DNA of 63,765 nucleotides, the filler included, from Vannella sp. (taxonomy: Eukaryota), in assembly GCA_023345925.1 (NCBI GenBank). It is 9 parts of 9 records of this genome, joined end to end, with 100 filler letters (N's around TTAATTAATTAA, not from the genome) between each part and the next. Parts side by side here need not be neighbours in the genome. Positions count along the whole stretch, not along the records: positions 1 to 5,722 come from JAJQQN010000366.1; positions 5,823 to 13,317 come from JAJQQN010000934.1; 7 more parts are not named here. One strand, written 5' to 3'. The position numbers were made by a program, and so were the translations under genes. Shown here in pieces: positions 1-10,775 of the stretch; the stretch's first letter is position 1, and every line of letters starts with the position of its first letter. The notes under the pieces are model-generated. The model saw nothing but the letters and a program-made list of their open reading frames with translations. It was not told where the DNA came from and ran no database searches.

Positions 1-52
1 CAACAGCAAATCGGAGCAGAAAGGCGATAGCGACTGTCATTGACACGCCCAT

Positions 53-367
53 GTGCGACTCTCTGTCGAGGCCATGAAGGAGATGTCAACCAAAGGGGAG
101 ACTAGCACCGTTGGTCGCACCAGAGACCCAGTTTGTTACTTGCAGAAGAATGTCGAAGAGCTGATCCTGAATCGACTTTCCAGTGCTGGCTTCAAGGCGC
201 TCTGGAACAAAGTAGAGGTGGTGGAGGGACTTGTTCTCGCTTTGGACGCCAAGGTACTCGCTTTGGACGCCAAGTTTGACATCTTGTTTGTCCTCATCTT
301 GGCATCCATGGCCTTGACCCTTCTATTAGCCTTCTACCCTCCCTCTCGCCCATTGGTGTCCTTCTAG
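53..367 (+). CDS. Small coiled-coil protein with C-terminal transmembrane helix (unknown function)
   Basis: ORF with heptad duplication VLALDAK-VLALDAK (21-nt tandem repeat) followed by hydrophobic ILFVLILASMALTLLLAFY. First ATG at 74. Confidence 0.4.
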   Translation: MRLSVEAMKEMSTKGETSTVGRTRDPVCYLQKNVEELILNRLSSAGFKALWNKVEVVEGLVLALDAKVLALDAKFDILFVLILASMALTLLLAFYPPSRPLVSF

Positions 368-483
368 GCTCCAGACTGCACGAAGGTTGATCTCTTAAGT
401 GGTCGACAAACGACACCTCGAACGAATCGTGGAGCTCCTTCAAGGACAGTTCCTCCAGTGGTCGCCACGCTGAGGTCGTTTGC

Positions 484-2574
484 TTGCTCAGACTCCTCTA
501 TCATGATAAAGGTTCATTCTTCATTTCAGGAGAGTCAGAAGAAGCTGGAGGAGAGAACACAGGTGCTTCTTTATGGAACACCGAAGGAACGGTCATTTCC
601 ATGTTGGCGGGATCTCGTCTGGGGCGGGAGACTGTCAGGAGGGGTGCGCAAGGTATCAACAACGATGCATCGACGTTTGAGCTGCTTGAGTCACTTGTTG
701 AGGGGCCAGCGGGACTAACAGCAGAAGAGGCTGGAGCTTTCGCAGCTTTTGGAAGCGCTTTGTTGTCGTTAGAGACTGGCGCAGCTCCTGATTGGGGTAA
801 GAAAGGGCGTACAGAAGTGCTCTCTCCTATCAATGAAGCAAAGGAGAAGACCTTGCAGGAGGACACGAAGACACAAGGAAACGAAGATCTCATGCGCAAA
901 CATGAAGCTCAGATGGAGCTGCATCGCGGAGAGCAGATGTTTCTTCGTCTATTTGCAGGAGACATCACTCGGGATGACTATGAGTTCCTTCAAGCCACTC
1001 CCCCAGAGATCTACACGTCGCTTCCCACCACTTCAGTCATTCCGCGTCCCTTTGGCAAGTTGATTGCGCATCTCTCTGGTCCAGACAACTGGCAAAGAGA
1101 GGCAAGCTTCCTCCATCATGCTTGTGGACGAGCTATCTCCACCTATCCGTACAAGAGCGGCTTCAAACGAGACGGCGACCCCATATGCGATGCCTTCCAG
1201 TACAAACTGTACAGCCAGAGAGCCATTCTGGCGGTGACAGATGGGTGTAACTGGGGAGATAGATCACGTAACGCTTCTCGGACTGCCAATCGCGTCTTTG
1301 TAGAGCATATGGAAGCCCATCAAGCCAGCATTCACACGGTCCGTGAGGCTGGGCATCACCTCCTTCGCGCTGCATCACACGCTCATACAGCTATCAAAGA
1401 GGAAGCTAAGCAGCGAAGAGAAGAGAGCGGCACGACCACCCTGTTTGGAGGAATCTTGTTGGAAGTGGCCTCGGATAGCGTTGCTAGTCCGAAGCCCCAG
1501 GAGAAGGCAGAGTGGGTCTTTGTGTGTATCAATGTAGGAGACTGCAAAGCCTTTTGTGTGCGCCCTTCCGAGCGTGACGTGGTCGAGATATCCATCGGCA
1601 ATCGAACCATGGACACAGATGCCACTGATCCTGGCGGTCGTCTGGGTGTTGCCGGCCCTTCTGGGCGTCCAGACCTACGTAATCTGGAGCTTTTCAGCTT
1701 TGCGTGTAAGGAGGATGACATTCTGATTGTCTGCTCCGACGGAATCTTCGATAATCTCGATCCAAAGCCTCAAGGCATTCTCCCTCGCGACCTTGGCATC
1801 AACTGCGAGTCTTGGGAAGATGATAATCTGGATCCTCATATCACAGAAGTCCTCTTTACCAAGTTCCGGATCCAATTCCTGAAAGATTTGCTCTTTTCAG
1901 GCGAACTTGTCTCCGAACAGATTTCGGCTCGCCTTATCGTCCAGAAGCTTATTTACAGCTCCCTCAACACTACAAGGACATCCCGCCGCTTCCTAAGAAA
2001 CAATCCTGGCAGCCCCTTGCCCACAGACTACGAACTGTTCCCCGGTAAGATGGATCATTCAACCTGCCTTGCTGTGAAAGTAGGGAGCGTCCTCCGTGAG
2101 GATATGAGTAAGAAGGAGATATCTTCAGTACTACCTATTCATCGAAAGTGGGATCAGCCGTCGGACCGTGACATGAGTTTCTCTCTTGACACTATGGGAG
2201 CTCGGGCAGAGCTCCAATGCCCTGTTTTGTTGAACATTACCCTTTCTGCAAGTGTATATGAGAAGGAAGAAGAGTTTCTGATTGTTTGTGAGACGCCTCC
2301 GCGCTGTAACATGTCCTGTTTCGTGGATGAAAGAAACGTCTTCTTCCGAGTGATTCCTCTTGAAGAATTGGAATACGAACAGATCAGTGGGCCGATGTTC
2401 CAGTTTGGAATCAATGAGTTAGACCAACCCATTGAGAGGGTGGTCTCTCTACCATGTGAAGTTGTTCCAGGGTCGAAAGAGATTGTTACTGATGCAACAG
2501 CTGGCTTTGTCACGGTTAGACTTCAAAAGAAACACTCTCAAGTTCAAGCCATCGACTGGATCCCCCTTCTCTGA
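484..2574 (+). CDS. PP2C/PPM-like phosphatase-domain protein (CG9801-like) with C-terminal HSP20/alpha-crystallin-like domain; true start uncertain (possibly ATG 892)
   Basis: Motifs AVTDGCNWG, GTTTL, NVGDCKAF, DPGGRLG, CSDGIFDNLDP, GKMDHSTC. C-terminal YEKEEEFLIVCETP...ERVVSLPCEV...GFVTVRLQK resembles a small-HSP beta-sandwich. No introns seen. Confidence 0.8.
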   Translation: MLRLLYHDKGSFFISGESEEAGGENTGASLWNTEGTVISMLAGSRLGRETVRRGAQGINNDASTFELLESLVEGPAGLTAEEAGAFAAFGSALLSLETGAAPDWGKKGRTEVLSPINEAKEKTLQEDTKTQGNEDLMRKHEAQMELHRGEQMFLRLFAGDITRDDYEFLQATPPEIYTSLPTTSVIPRPFGKLIAHLSGPDNWQREASFLHHACGRAISTYPYKSGFKRDGDPICDAFQYKLYSQRAILAVTDGCNWGDRSRNASRTANRVFVEHMEAHQASIHTVREAGHHLLRAASHAHTAIKEEAKQRREESGTTTLFGGILLEVASDSVASPKPQEKAEWVFVCINVGDCKAFCVRPSERDVVEISIGNRTMDTDATDPGGRLGVAGPSGRPDLRNLELFSFACKEDDILIVCSDGIFDNLDPKPQGILPRDLGINCESWEDDNLDPHITEVLFTKFRIQFLKDLLFSGELVSEQISARLIVQKLIYSSLNTTRTSRRFLRNNPGSPLPTDYELFPGKMDHSTCLAVKVGSVLREDMSKKEISSVLPIHRKWDQPSDRDMSFSLDTMGARAELQCPVLLNITLSASVYEKEEEFLIVCETPPRCNMSCFVDERNVFFRVIPLEELEYEQISGPMFQFGINELDQPIERVVSLPCEVVPGSKEIVTDATAGFVTVRLQKKHSQVQAIDWIPLL

Positions 2575-2633
2575 ATGAATGAAACAACTCCAAAAGACAA
2601 TAGTCTATTGAATCTATGGATGTTGATGAAAGA

Positions 2634-3689
2634 CTACAAGAAGCGGGCGCTCTTTTGTCTTTGTGCGGAGTTGGGAAGGCTAAACTCCAAGAGGGAGGGA
2701 GTGGGATGGTGTTGGCTGATTCTGTGTCCGAGACCGAGTTGGCCGCTGCTGTTAAACCCAAATCTTAGCAGCTCCCCCTCCACCGTCCACACTAAAGAGT
2801 GATGTCCTCCAGCAACTACAGAAAGTACGCCTTCTGTTAAAGGATTGACAATCGAAGGGGATGGCCGGGAAGCGCATTCCTGGCCAAGTTGGCCGTCAAT
2901 GCCAGATCCCCAACTCCAAACGCCACCTCTCTCATCAAGAGCCAGGGCGTGATAGAATCCACTAGAAACTGATAGCATGGGAGGGATCTTGTTGATTCTA
3001 TGAAACCCTGAGGTACCAGAGCGCCCCAGTTGGCCAAAGGAGTTACATCCAGCAGTCCAAATGGCTCCCTGGGAGTCAATTAGAACCACTGCTTGGTAGG
3101 TTGCAGTTAAGCAACGTAGATGACCATCAGCTAGTCCTTCTACTACCAAAGGAATCGGCTGTGGAGTGCTTGGTGGCTGACTTTGGCCTAATTGACCCTG
3201 AAAGTTATCTCCCAACCCCCAAAGGCCTCCGTCCAGAGCCTCTCCCACGAGGAAGCTCATTCCACAAGCTACGTTGATCAGTATTGGAATGCCTTCTACT
3301 TGTTTGGGGACGCAAGAAGCCCAGGGCAGCCTGTTACCGTGGGCCCAAACCCAAAGACCACCGTCGATGTCCAAAGCAGCCTTTTGTTCGTAGCCAGCCG
3401 CGATTGCAGTGATAATAGGGAGCTCTGGTACACGTTGGAAAGTAAGCAGAGCGTCTTCCTTGTCAGAACGGGAGCGACCAGCCTCCCAAACACCTCCTCT
3501 TTCATCCAGCACGAGGGAGAAGTCCCATCCCCAGTCCACTTGAGCCGGAGTAGGCCCTTCCCAAGGCACCTTCACTGGCAGCAGTTGATCACTCCTATGT
3601 CCTAGCCCAAGCTGGCCTTGCGAGTTTTGCCCAAAGGCCCACAAGTCTCCTTCCGCCGAGAGGAGAAGCGTGTGGTATCCCAGCGGCAT
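2634..3689 (-). CDS. RCC1-repeat beta-propeller protein
   Basis: Repeated G.N..GQLGLG and V.AG..HSL motifs. Start placed at MPLGYHTLLL (3689) by similarity to the paralog starting at 34276. Confidence 0.85.
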   Translation of the reverse strand: MPLGYHTLLLSAEGDLWAFGQNSQGQLGLGHRSDQLLPVKVPWEGPTPAQVDWGWDFSLVLDERGGVWEAGRSRSDKEDALLTFQRVPELPIITAIAAGYEQKAALDIDGGLWVWAHGNRLPWASCVPKQVEGIPILINVACGMSFLVGEALDGGLWGLGDNFQGQLGQSQPPSTPQPIPLVVEGLADGHLRCLTATYQAVVLIDSQGAIWTAGCNSFGQLGRSGTSGFHRINKIPPMLSVSSGFYHALALDERGGVWSWGSGIDGQLGQECASRPSPSIVNPLTEGVLSVVAGGHHSLVWTVEGELLRFGFNSSGQLGLGHRISQHHPTPSLLEFSLPNSAQRQKSARFL

Positions 3690-3834
3690 CCCAAGAATGT
3701 CACTGAAACTCACTTTCAGACAGATACTCCCAAAGCTTCTGTGGGACGATTCCTCCCAAAGGATAGTCATTAATCGAATCGAATTGATGTTGCTTCGGGG
3801 CCAGTGACGGAAAGAGGAAAGCGGGGACCCTCAT

Positions 3835-5699
3835 TTACTTGGGAGCGGCTTGGCGCATCTCCATCAAGTCAGGGCTGACAGAGAATTCCGCCTCTGTGGC
3901 TTGGCGGAGCTGTTCCTGTGTCACTCCTGGAGCTATTTCAATCAGAACTAGCTTGGAATCAACCACATCAAAGACAGCCTGTTAGGGTATTAGAAGGGAA
4001 CGCTTGGCCTGAAGGCACCAACCATGTCAGTGATAATGCGGTCAACGCATCCCGGGCGAGTCAAAGGCAGCGAGCACTTCTTCAAGATCTTGGGACTCCC
4101 ATTCTGACAGCCACTTTCAGCTCAAGAAGAAACGAGAAGCCGGCTATCCCCTCACCTTTGCAGTGTGTTCCATTGTGACGACAACCCGGGATCCAGAAGA
4201 AGTCAGGTCAATAGCGCCTCCAGGTCCCTTCACCATCTTCTTCTGTAATGGCCAAGGTCATGAATGAGTCACCGCTTGACGACGGCAACGGGAGAACGCA
4301 CGGGAATCATCCAGTTGGCAAGATCTCCGTTTCCGGACACCTCCAACGCACCGAGAATAGTCAAATCCACATGTCCTCCTCGAATCATAGCAAAGGACTG
4401 GGAGCTGCTGAAGAGGGCAGAGCCAGGGAGGGTCGTAACGGTTTCCTTTCCTGCGTTAATGAGGTCGGGGTCCACTTGGTCCTTCTTGGGATAAGGTCCC
4501 ATGCCTAGAAGCCCGTTTTCGCTCTGCAACTCGATGCTGACACCATCAGGGATCCAGTTGGAGGCCATGGTGGGGATTCCAATGCCCAGATTGCAGTACA
4601 TTCCATCCTTCCATGCTTCTTTGAGTCCTTGATCACCTCTTCGCTTCTACCCTACCTGGAACTCCAAAGCAGCACGTCTGATGATCCTTTCTCGACGCAG
4701 AGCAGCGTCATTCAGCGGCTCATCCGCTCCTTTCTCGCTTTGGTCCAGAGTTAAGCGCTGTAGGTGGTCAATGGAGGCTCTCGTTCTCTAGAAGAGTCTT
4801 ACCTCAATACGCTTGACAAAGGACTCGCCCTTAACGATCCTCTGGACGTAGATGCCGGGCACATGCACATCGCCAGGTGCAATCTCTCCATTCTCCACGA
4901 TCTCCTCGACCTCTGCGATCGTGATCTTACCAGCAGTAGCCATGTCCGGATTGAAGTTCTGCGCAGAGCCCTTGAAGATGAGGTTTCCCTTCTTATCGGC
5001 CTTCCAAGCCTTGACAAGAGCAAAGTCGCCCACAATGCCTCGTTCCATGACGTAGTTACGTCCGTCAAAGGAGCGTACTTCCTTAGACGCTGACTCAATC
5101 TCCACATCGCCAACGCTGTTGTACTTGATAGGAATGCCGCCCTTCGCGAACATCGTCCCGGCGCCTGTTGCCGTGAAGAAGGCAGGAATACCTGCTCCTC
5201 CAGCACGGATACGTTCTGCGAGAGTACCTTGAGGGACCAGCTCTACCTCCAACTCGCCAGTGAGGTACTGCTTCTCAAAGTTCTTGTTTTCTCCCACGTA
5301 GGAGGAGATCATGCGCTTGATTTGCTTGTTGCGCAAGAGGAGACCCAAGCCAAAGTCATCCACACCACAGTTGTTGCTCACTACGGCAAGGTCCTTCACA
5401 TCAGAGCGCTTCTCCAAGGCGGCGATGAGGTTTTCAGGGATTCCACACAGTCCAAACCCTCCCACAAGGCTACATAGTGATGTTAGTAGGTATAAAAGTA
5501 CAGGGGATCAGTTTTGACGCACAGAGTGTGACCAGAAGAGACATCCTTCACCGCCTCATCAAAACTTGGGAAGATCTTGTTCGTAAAGAACCTGGCACCC
5601 TTCAAACTCCATCAGCACTCTCCCACCTTTCTCCCCACTTACTACAACACGCGAAACTGAACTCATAACAGGGAGGTGGCGGATAGCAGCGCTTCTCAT
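3835..5699 (-). CDS. OXCT1: Succinyl-CoA:3-ketoacid CoA transferase (SCOT), mitochondrial, multi-exon
   Basis: [36 protein letters not shown], catalytic QSENG, GGAIDL, VVVTMEH. Arg/Ser-rich presequence [17 protein letters not shown]. Seven short GT-AG introns, e.g. 5470-5522 with a TACTAAC branch point. Confidence 0.95.
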
Positions 5700-5722
5700 C
5701 CCAACCCAACAACGGAATGAAG

Positions 5723-5822
5723 NNNNNNNNNNNNNNNNNNNNNNNNNNNNNNNNNNNNNNNNNNNNTTAATTAATTAANNNNNNNNNNNNNNNNNNNNNN
5801 NNNNNNNNNNNNNNNNNNNNNN
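5723..5822. other. Artificial contig spacer
   Basis: 44 N + TTAATTAATTAA (stop in all six frames) + 44 N. Confidence 0.99.
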
Positions 5823-6421
5823 CACAGCACTTCTGCCTCTGGTCTTCTTCCCCCTGTTCGGCAAAGCAGCTTTGTCCTCCTCTCCCCTCCACCTTGATGG
5901 CGAGTGAGAGGGAGGAAATGTGGCCCGTTTGCTGAGATGAAACAAAGTTCCCTTTCGTCCTCTTCTGGAGACCATCAAGGACACTCTGCTGCAAAAGGCA
6001 GTGGAGGAGGCGAATGACATCCACTCCAAGCCAAGACCTCCTTACCAGAGAAGAACGATGAAAGAAAAGCGATTTCCTCAGTATCTCAGCTCGGAAGTAG
6101 AGAGGCCTTGTCGAAGAAACCAGACGATTCTTGCACTCCCGCTTCAAGATGATCGTCCCATCCTTTTCCACCAAGAGCCTCCAAAGAACCACTTCACTTG
6201 CTCCTCCTCACTCGGACCACAGAGCCTAAGAAGAGTCGCACTGTTGAGAGATGGCGCCTATTCGTCAGCACCCGCCTTCCGGAAGACCCGCCCAAGAAAA
6301 AATGAACTGGACTTGGACTTTATCAAATCCTCGATAATAATCGAAAATTATCAAAAATCCAGCTCCATTGGAAATTGGTCCATCTGAGAGGACGATCTTT
6401 GTCATTACTTTTTCGCCCGTT

Positions 6422-7883
6422 ATGGAAGAAGACCATGAAAGGAACGGCAGTGGCGAGCAGGAGGAGAAAGTGGGGGACGTAGAGGAAGTAAGTGTATCGG
6501 AGGCTGACTTGGAGCTGAAGGACGAAGCTGTGGTGGAAGGAAATGGCTCGAAAGAGGACGCGAAACAGGATGACGTGTCGGTGGAGGAGAGTGAGGAGGT
6601 CTCAGAGCCGCATCAGCACAGCTTTGGAGATAGAGTGAAAGGACGTACGTTGAAGGCTCAGCTCGTGGGTGGGCGCTCCAACAACCGCCGAAAGGGCGTG
6701 ATCGTCCGTATCTCCATTGAACACGCCGATCAGTCCTCCGATGAGGACTACGATAGCGAAGGAGAGACAAAGGAAGAGGAAGAAGACGTCTCGCAGGAAG
6801 TGGAAGCCATTGTGGAGAAGAACGAGCCGGAATCGATGGAGATCGCCATCCCGCCTGAAGAACCGCGCCGATCCGCTCGGCAGCGAAGGCCAGTAGCAAA
6901 TGAGAACCCACTCAAAGCTAGAAAGACAGAGGACGGATCTGTACGCATCCCTGAGGATCCAGAGGAGTTACGGGTCCTATCTGAGAGTCTTCACAATAAC
7001 TGGCGTTTCCTCACGTTCATCCACTTCATTGAACAGTTCAGAGGATACATAGGTGTTGACCCGGAAGTTTCTGTTCCTGTAAGGCCTCCATCCATCTCCC
7101 CTTTGCTGTAACTCAACTGTCGGTTGGGAAGGACTTGGAGATGGCCCTCATGACCGTTAACCGCTCTCAGACTCTGATCAAGCTGTTGATAGTCATGCTG
7201 AAGCATTTGCGTTGCTCTGTAACTGTCACAGCACAGACCTGGTTCCGTGTGCTTGTAATCGTCCTCAACCGGCGCGGCAGTTGCTTTGGGGAAGAAGGGA
7301 GCCCTCTCAAAGAGATGGTCGAGGAAGAGTTCTTTTCTGAAGTCTCACTAGATGAGAAGGTACTCATTATGCAGTACCTTTGCGACTGGATACTGGAAGA
7401 GAGTCCGACACTCGCCAAGGTCATGCACGAGAACCGCAACGACGATCTCTTCCTCGTAAGTAGCTCTACAGAAGACCAAGAGATAGCATTCTCACTCTAG
7501 GCTGGAAGCGGCCTCTGCCGTTGGGATGGGACGCACAGGAAAATGCTTATTGGAAGTTTGGACAGTCAGAGTTGCTCTATCGCGAGGATAAGATTGGAGG
7601 GAAGGAAGCAGCTCATTGGGAACTCCAATGCTCCTCACTTGAGGACTGGGAAGTTCTCGCTGCTCGCTTTAAAGACTCTTCAAACAAAGACGAGATTGAG
7701 TTTTGCTCTTTCCTGAGCGAAGAGATTCTTCCTCCCATGCAAGCCAAAGCGGAAGCTGAATTGCGTCGTATCCGCCGCCTTGGCCGCTCGCACATCAATT
7801 CCAGTAACATTCTCACAACCCGCCCTCGCCGAGCCACCCGCCGGCTCTACAACATGGAGGACTACCAGCCCCAGCTCTTCTGA
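6422..7883 (+). CDS. DDT/WHIM-domain ISWI-associated chromatin protein (RSF1/CECR2/Ioc3-like), 3 exons
   Basis: Acidic N-terminus. DDT-like LHNNWRFLTFIHFIEQF...LEMAL, WHIM1-like EKVLIMQYLCDWILEESP, WHIM2/3-like PLGWDAQENAYWKF...WELQCSSLEDWEVL. Introns near 7079-7131 and 7456-7500. Confidence 0.75.
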
Positions 7884-7946
7884 ATGGAGTGAATGTAAAG
7901 CTGTTTGTTGAAAGAGTCAAACTAGTGTGCTAGGCCCTCCTTCCCT

Positions 7947-10045
7947 TCAAATCTTGACCCCAATTTGAGTTCCAACCTTGACCAAAGTCTCGATAGGTTT
8001 GGCGCTGTTCCTCATCAGATCTTCGTCAAAAGCGATGGTCCCCTTCTTGAAGAGAACTAGAACAGTACTGCCACCGAAAGCAAAGTATCCCAGCTCGTCT
8101 CCCTTCTTGATGTGGTCGCCTGCAAGAGAATAAGTCAGTCAAAGCAAATGGCAGGGGACAAAGGGATGGACGCACCTGGCTTCACAGTCATGTTAATGCT
8201 ACCAACCATAGTAGCCCCAACAGCTACCAACAAGACTTTGCCAAAGTCTTCTGTCTCAATGGAAGTGACAAGTCTCTTGTTACTCCCGTACACGTCAATC
8301 TTCTGATTGATAGCAATGGGGTTGACCGTATAGTACGCGCCTTCAATCAAATTGAACTCACCAAGCTTGCCAGTGACAGGGCAATGATAGCGATGGTAGT
8401 CTTGGGGTGCCAAGCGAGAAATCACCAAAGAGCACTCTGCAAACTCCTGAGCAAGGGCGGGGTCACGAAGGAGAGTCTCCAGAGTGAATTTGTCGCCTTT
8501 GATCCAAAGCTCTTGGGCTTCCTGAAGCGTGGGGAACACATTCAACCGACAATCCGCCGCGCTGACTGCGACTGAAGAGTCGTCTGGCTTTGCCACTGGA
8601 CGAGCACTGGGCTTTAGCTTGCGATAGAAGAACTCATTGAAGTTGGCAAAGCTCTCCTTTGGTTCGAGCATCTCGTCCTCGTTCAGGTGGTGGAACTCGA
8701 TGAACTTGGGAATCTCTGCTTTGCTGTTGGGGTTGGAGTACGTGCGCCCTTGTCTCTCAGTCATCTTACTGAGGATGCCACTGATAGAGTGGGTAGTAGC
8801 GCGTCCAATGCCACTTGAGTACATCATCTTCATGGCTGCCCGAATGTAGTTGGGAATGAGTTCCACTTCAAGTTTGCCCGTCTCCCGCACTTGGACAACG
8901 ATCTGCTGCTTGAGAGCATCGTTCTCTATAGCGACACTGAGACGAGGATCGATCTTCCATTGATCCATGATCAACTCAGCGACGCTCACATCATCGTGGA
9001 GGGCCAAGAAGATCTGCCACATGAGTTCACTCGATCTCTTCCACAGCTTCTTCGCCAGATCGCTCTCGCCGTTCATAAAGTGACGTAGCTCGTCACTGGT
9101 GATACCACCATCCCCGTCCTTATCAATAGTAGCGAACTATCAGCCCCTTGGAGTCAGACGCGTTCGGCCCTTTCTGTGAGCAAGGGAAGAGCAAGGGCCT
9201 ACCACATCCACTTCTCCCATAGAGTCTAAGATCTCTGTGTCAGAGTGAATGCCAATGAGCAAACTGTTGAACTCCTGCGAGTCGATGGTCCCGTTCTTGT
9301 CGTCGTCAAAGTACTCGACCAGACCGTCCCAGAACTTCTTCTCTAAAGCTTCCTTTGTCGAGAACTTGACAACAAGACGGAGTTCGGACTTGTCCGTGAC
9401 CTTCTTCATCTTGCTTGCCTTCACCTGAGGGACAAACTACCACGGGAAGGTCAATTAGCGGCTGTTCTTCACACATGAAGGTAGCTTACAGGTAAGGATA
9501 CCTCTTGAGCTATGTTCTGTTGGCTCCCGGTGAACTCATCGAGTGAGAGGAGACAGTTTCCGATGTGATCGTCTGAGCTGACTTTGTCCCAGTCCCAGAG
9601 CTCCAAACTAACATCAAGCCTGGTGCCAAGGTGTCGTTAGAGTACTCTGTGTGAAGCTGGGTCCGTGTAGAGGCTCACTTGGTCTGGTCCGGGAAGACGA
9701 ACATGCGGAACTCGTGGTTCCACACGGGCGACAGCGTCTTCTTCACTATTGGACCTCGGAGGATCTTGTCACCAAACTTGAGTACAACATACGGGTCCGC
9801 ATAGCCATTGAGATCCATCGGAGGGATCCCTTTCGCGTCCACCACTTCCTCACCCCGTCAGAACACGTCCTACCCCTTCCACAACCTCACCATTGATCGA
9901 CAGGATACCAACAGGTCGATGTTCTACCTGTGACAACGTTCGAAAGTCCGAACGCGACACGTTCTCTACTTCTTCTGCCCTTCAAAGTCAGCTTCGCCCT
10001 CCATCCGAGCCGGCCCTTCTCCTCACCCGACTTTGGAGCGCTCAT
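7947..10045 (-). CDS. PSD2: Phosphatidylserine decarboxylase, type II (C2 + EF-hands + PSD), multi-exon
   Basis: C2 domain (DLNGYADPYVVL, KKTLSPVWN). EF-hands DDDKNGTIDSQEF and DKDGDGGITSDEL. PSD motifs FNEFFYRKLKP, RLAPQDYHRYH, VGATMVGSI and autocleavage GYFAFGGSTV. Confidence 0.93.
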
Positions 10046-10065
10046 GAAGCAAATAGAAGCATTTA

Positions 10066-10750
10066 ATGACAACCAGCAAGTGCATGGAACGGGCCAGAGC
10101 GGAGATGAGCCAAGAAGCCATCAACAGAAGGCAGGAGACTGTGCCTTGCGAGTATCTACATAGTGGATGGTGCAATGTGAGGTACATGCAACTGTTCTGC
10201 GTGGTGTTCTTCAAGTCTATTCGGGTGTACGGTCCCATTCACCTCATTCCGCTGATTCTTTCGCCGTCCTTGGTCACAAACAGGTCTGTTTGTAGTGCTT
10301 TGAACAGACAGGAATGAGAGGAACTGACTAGGATCCCTCAGACGATCTACAGAGCAGCTGGTGAGGAACTTCTTGCTTGGCGTGATCCGATCAGCTTCCT
10401 TCTTCGCCCTGTACGGCGCTCTCTTCTCCCTGGGGTGTTGTTGGTTACGAAAGATCTTCAAGAGAGACCATTGGACTATCACAACCGCTGCAGGAGGACT
10501 CAGTGGCCTCTCCATCTTAGGAGAACACCCAAGTCGATACGAAGAGGTGATCATCTACTGTTATCCTCGCATCAGTGAGATCCTCTATCGAGGGCTTCTC
10601 AAACGAGGCATGATCAGAACGCCTCCTCATGCAGAGGTTTGCGTGTTTGCCGTGGCGATGGGCGTCATCATGTACTTGATGCAGGAGCGCCCAAGGCTCT
10701 TCAGTCCCATTCACAGAGGAGCTATTGCACTTGTGTTTGGTAAATACTAA
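10066..10750 (+). CDS. TMEM135: TMEM135/PXMP4-like membrane protein, 2 exons
   Basis: PCEYLH..WC and YGPIHLIP (TMEM135 Cys-rich region), then RSASF, LGEHPSRYEEVIIYCYPR and EVCVFAVAMGVIMYL. One intron near 10284-10331. Confidence 0.75.
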
Positions 10751-10775
10751 GTCATTTCACTCCCTACCCGCTGCT

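Noticed and set aside
3835..5699. Fragmented ORFs suggesting an alternative genetic code or split bacterial scoA/scoB genes
   Set aside because: Fully explained by short GT-AG introns. TAA, TAG and TGA all serve as stops in this window.
5823..6387. Possible terminal exon of a gene at the contig start
   Set aside because: No recognisable motif and ambiguous strand; not supportable.
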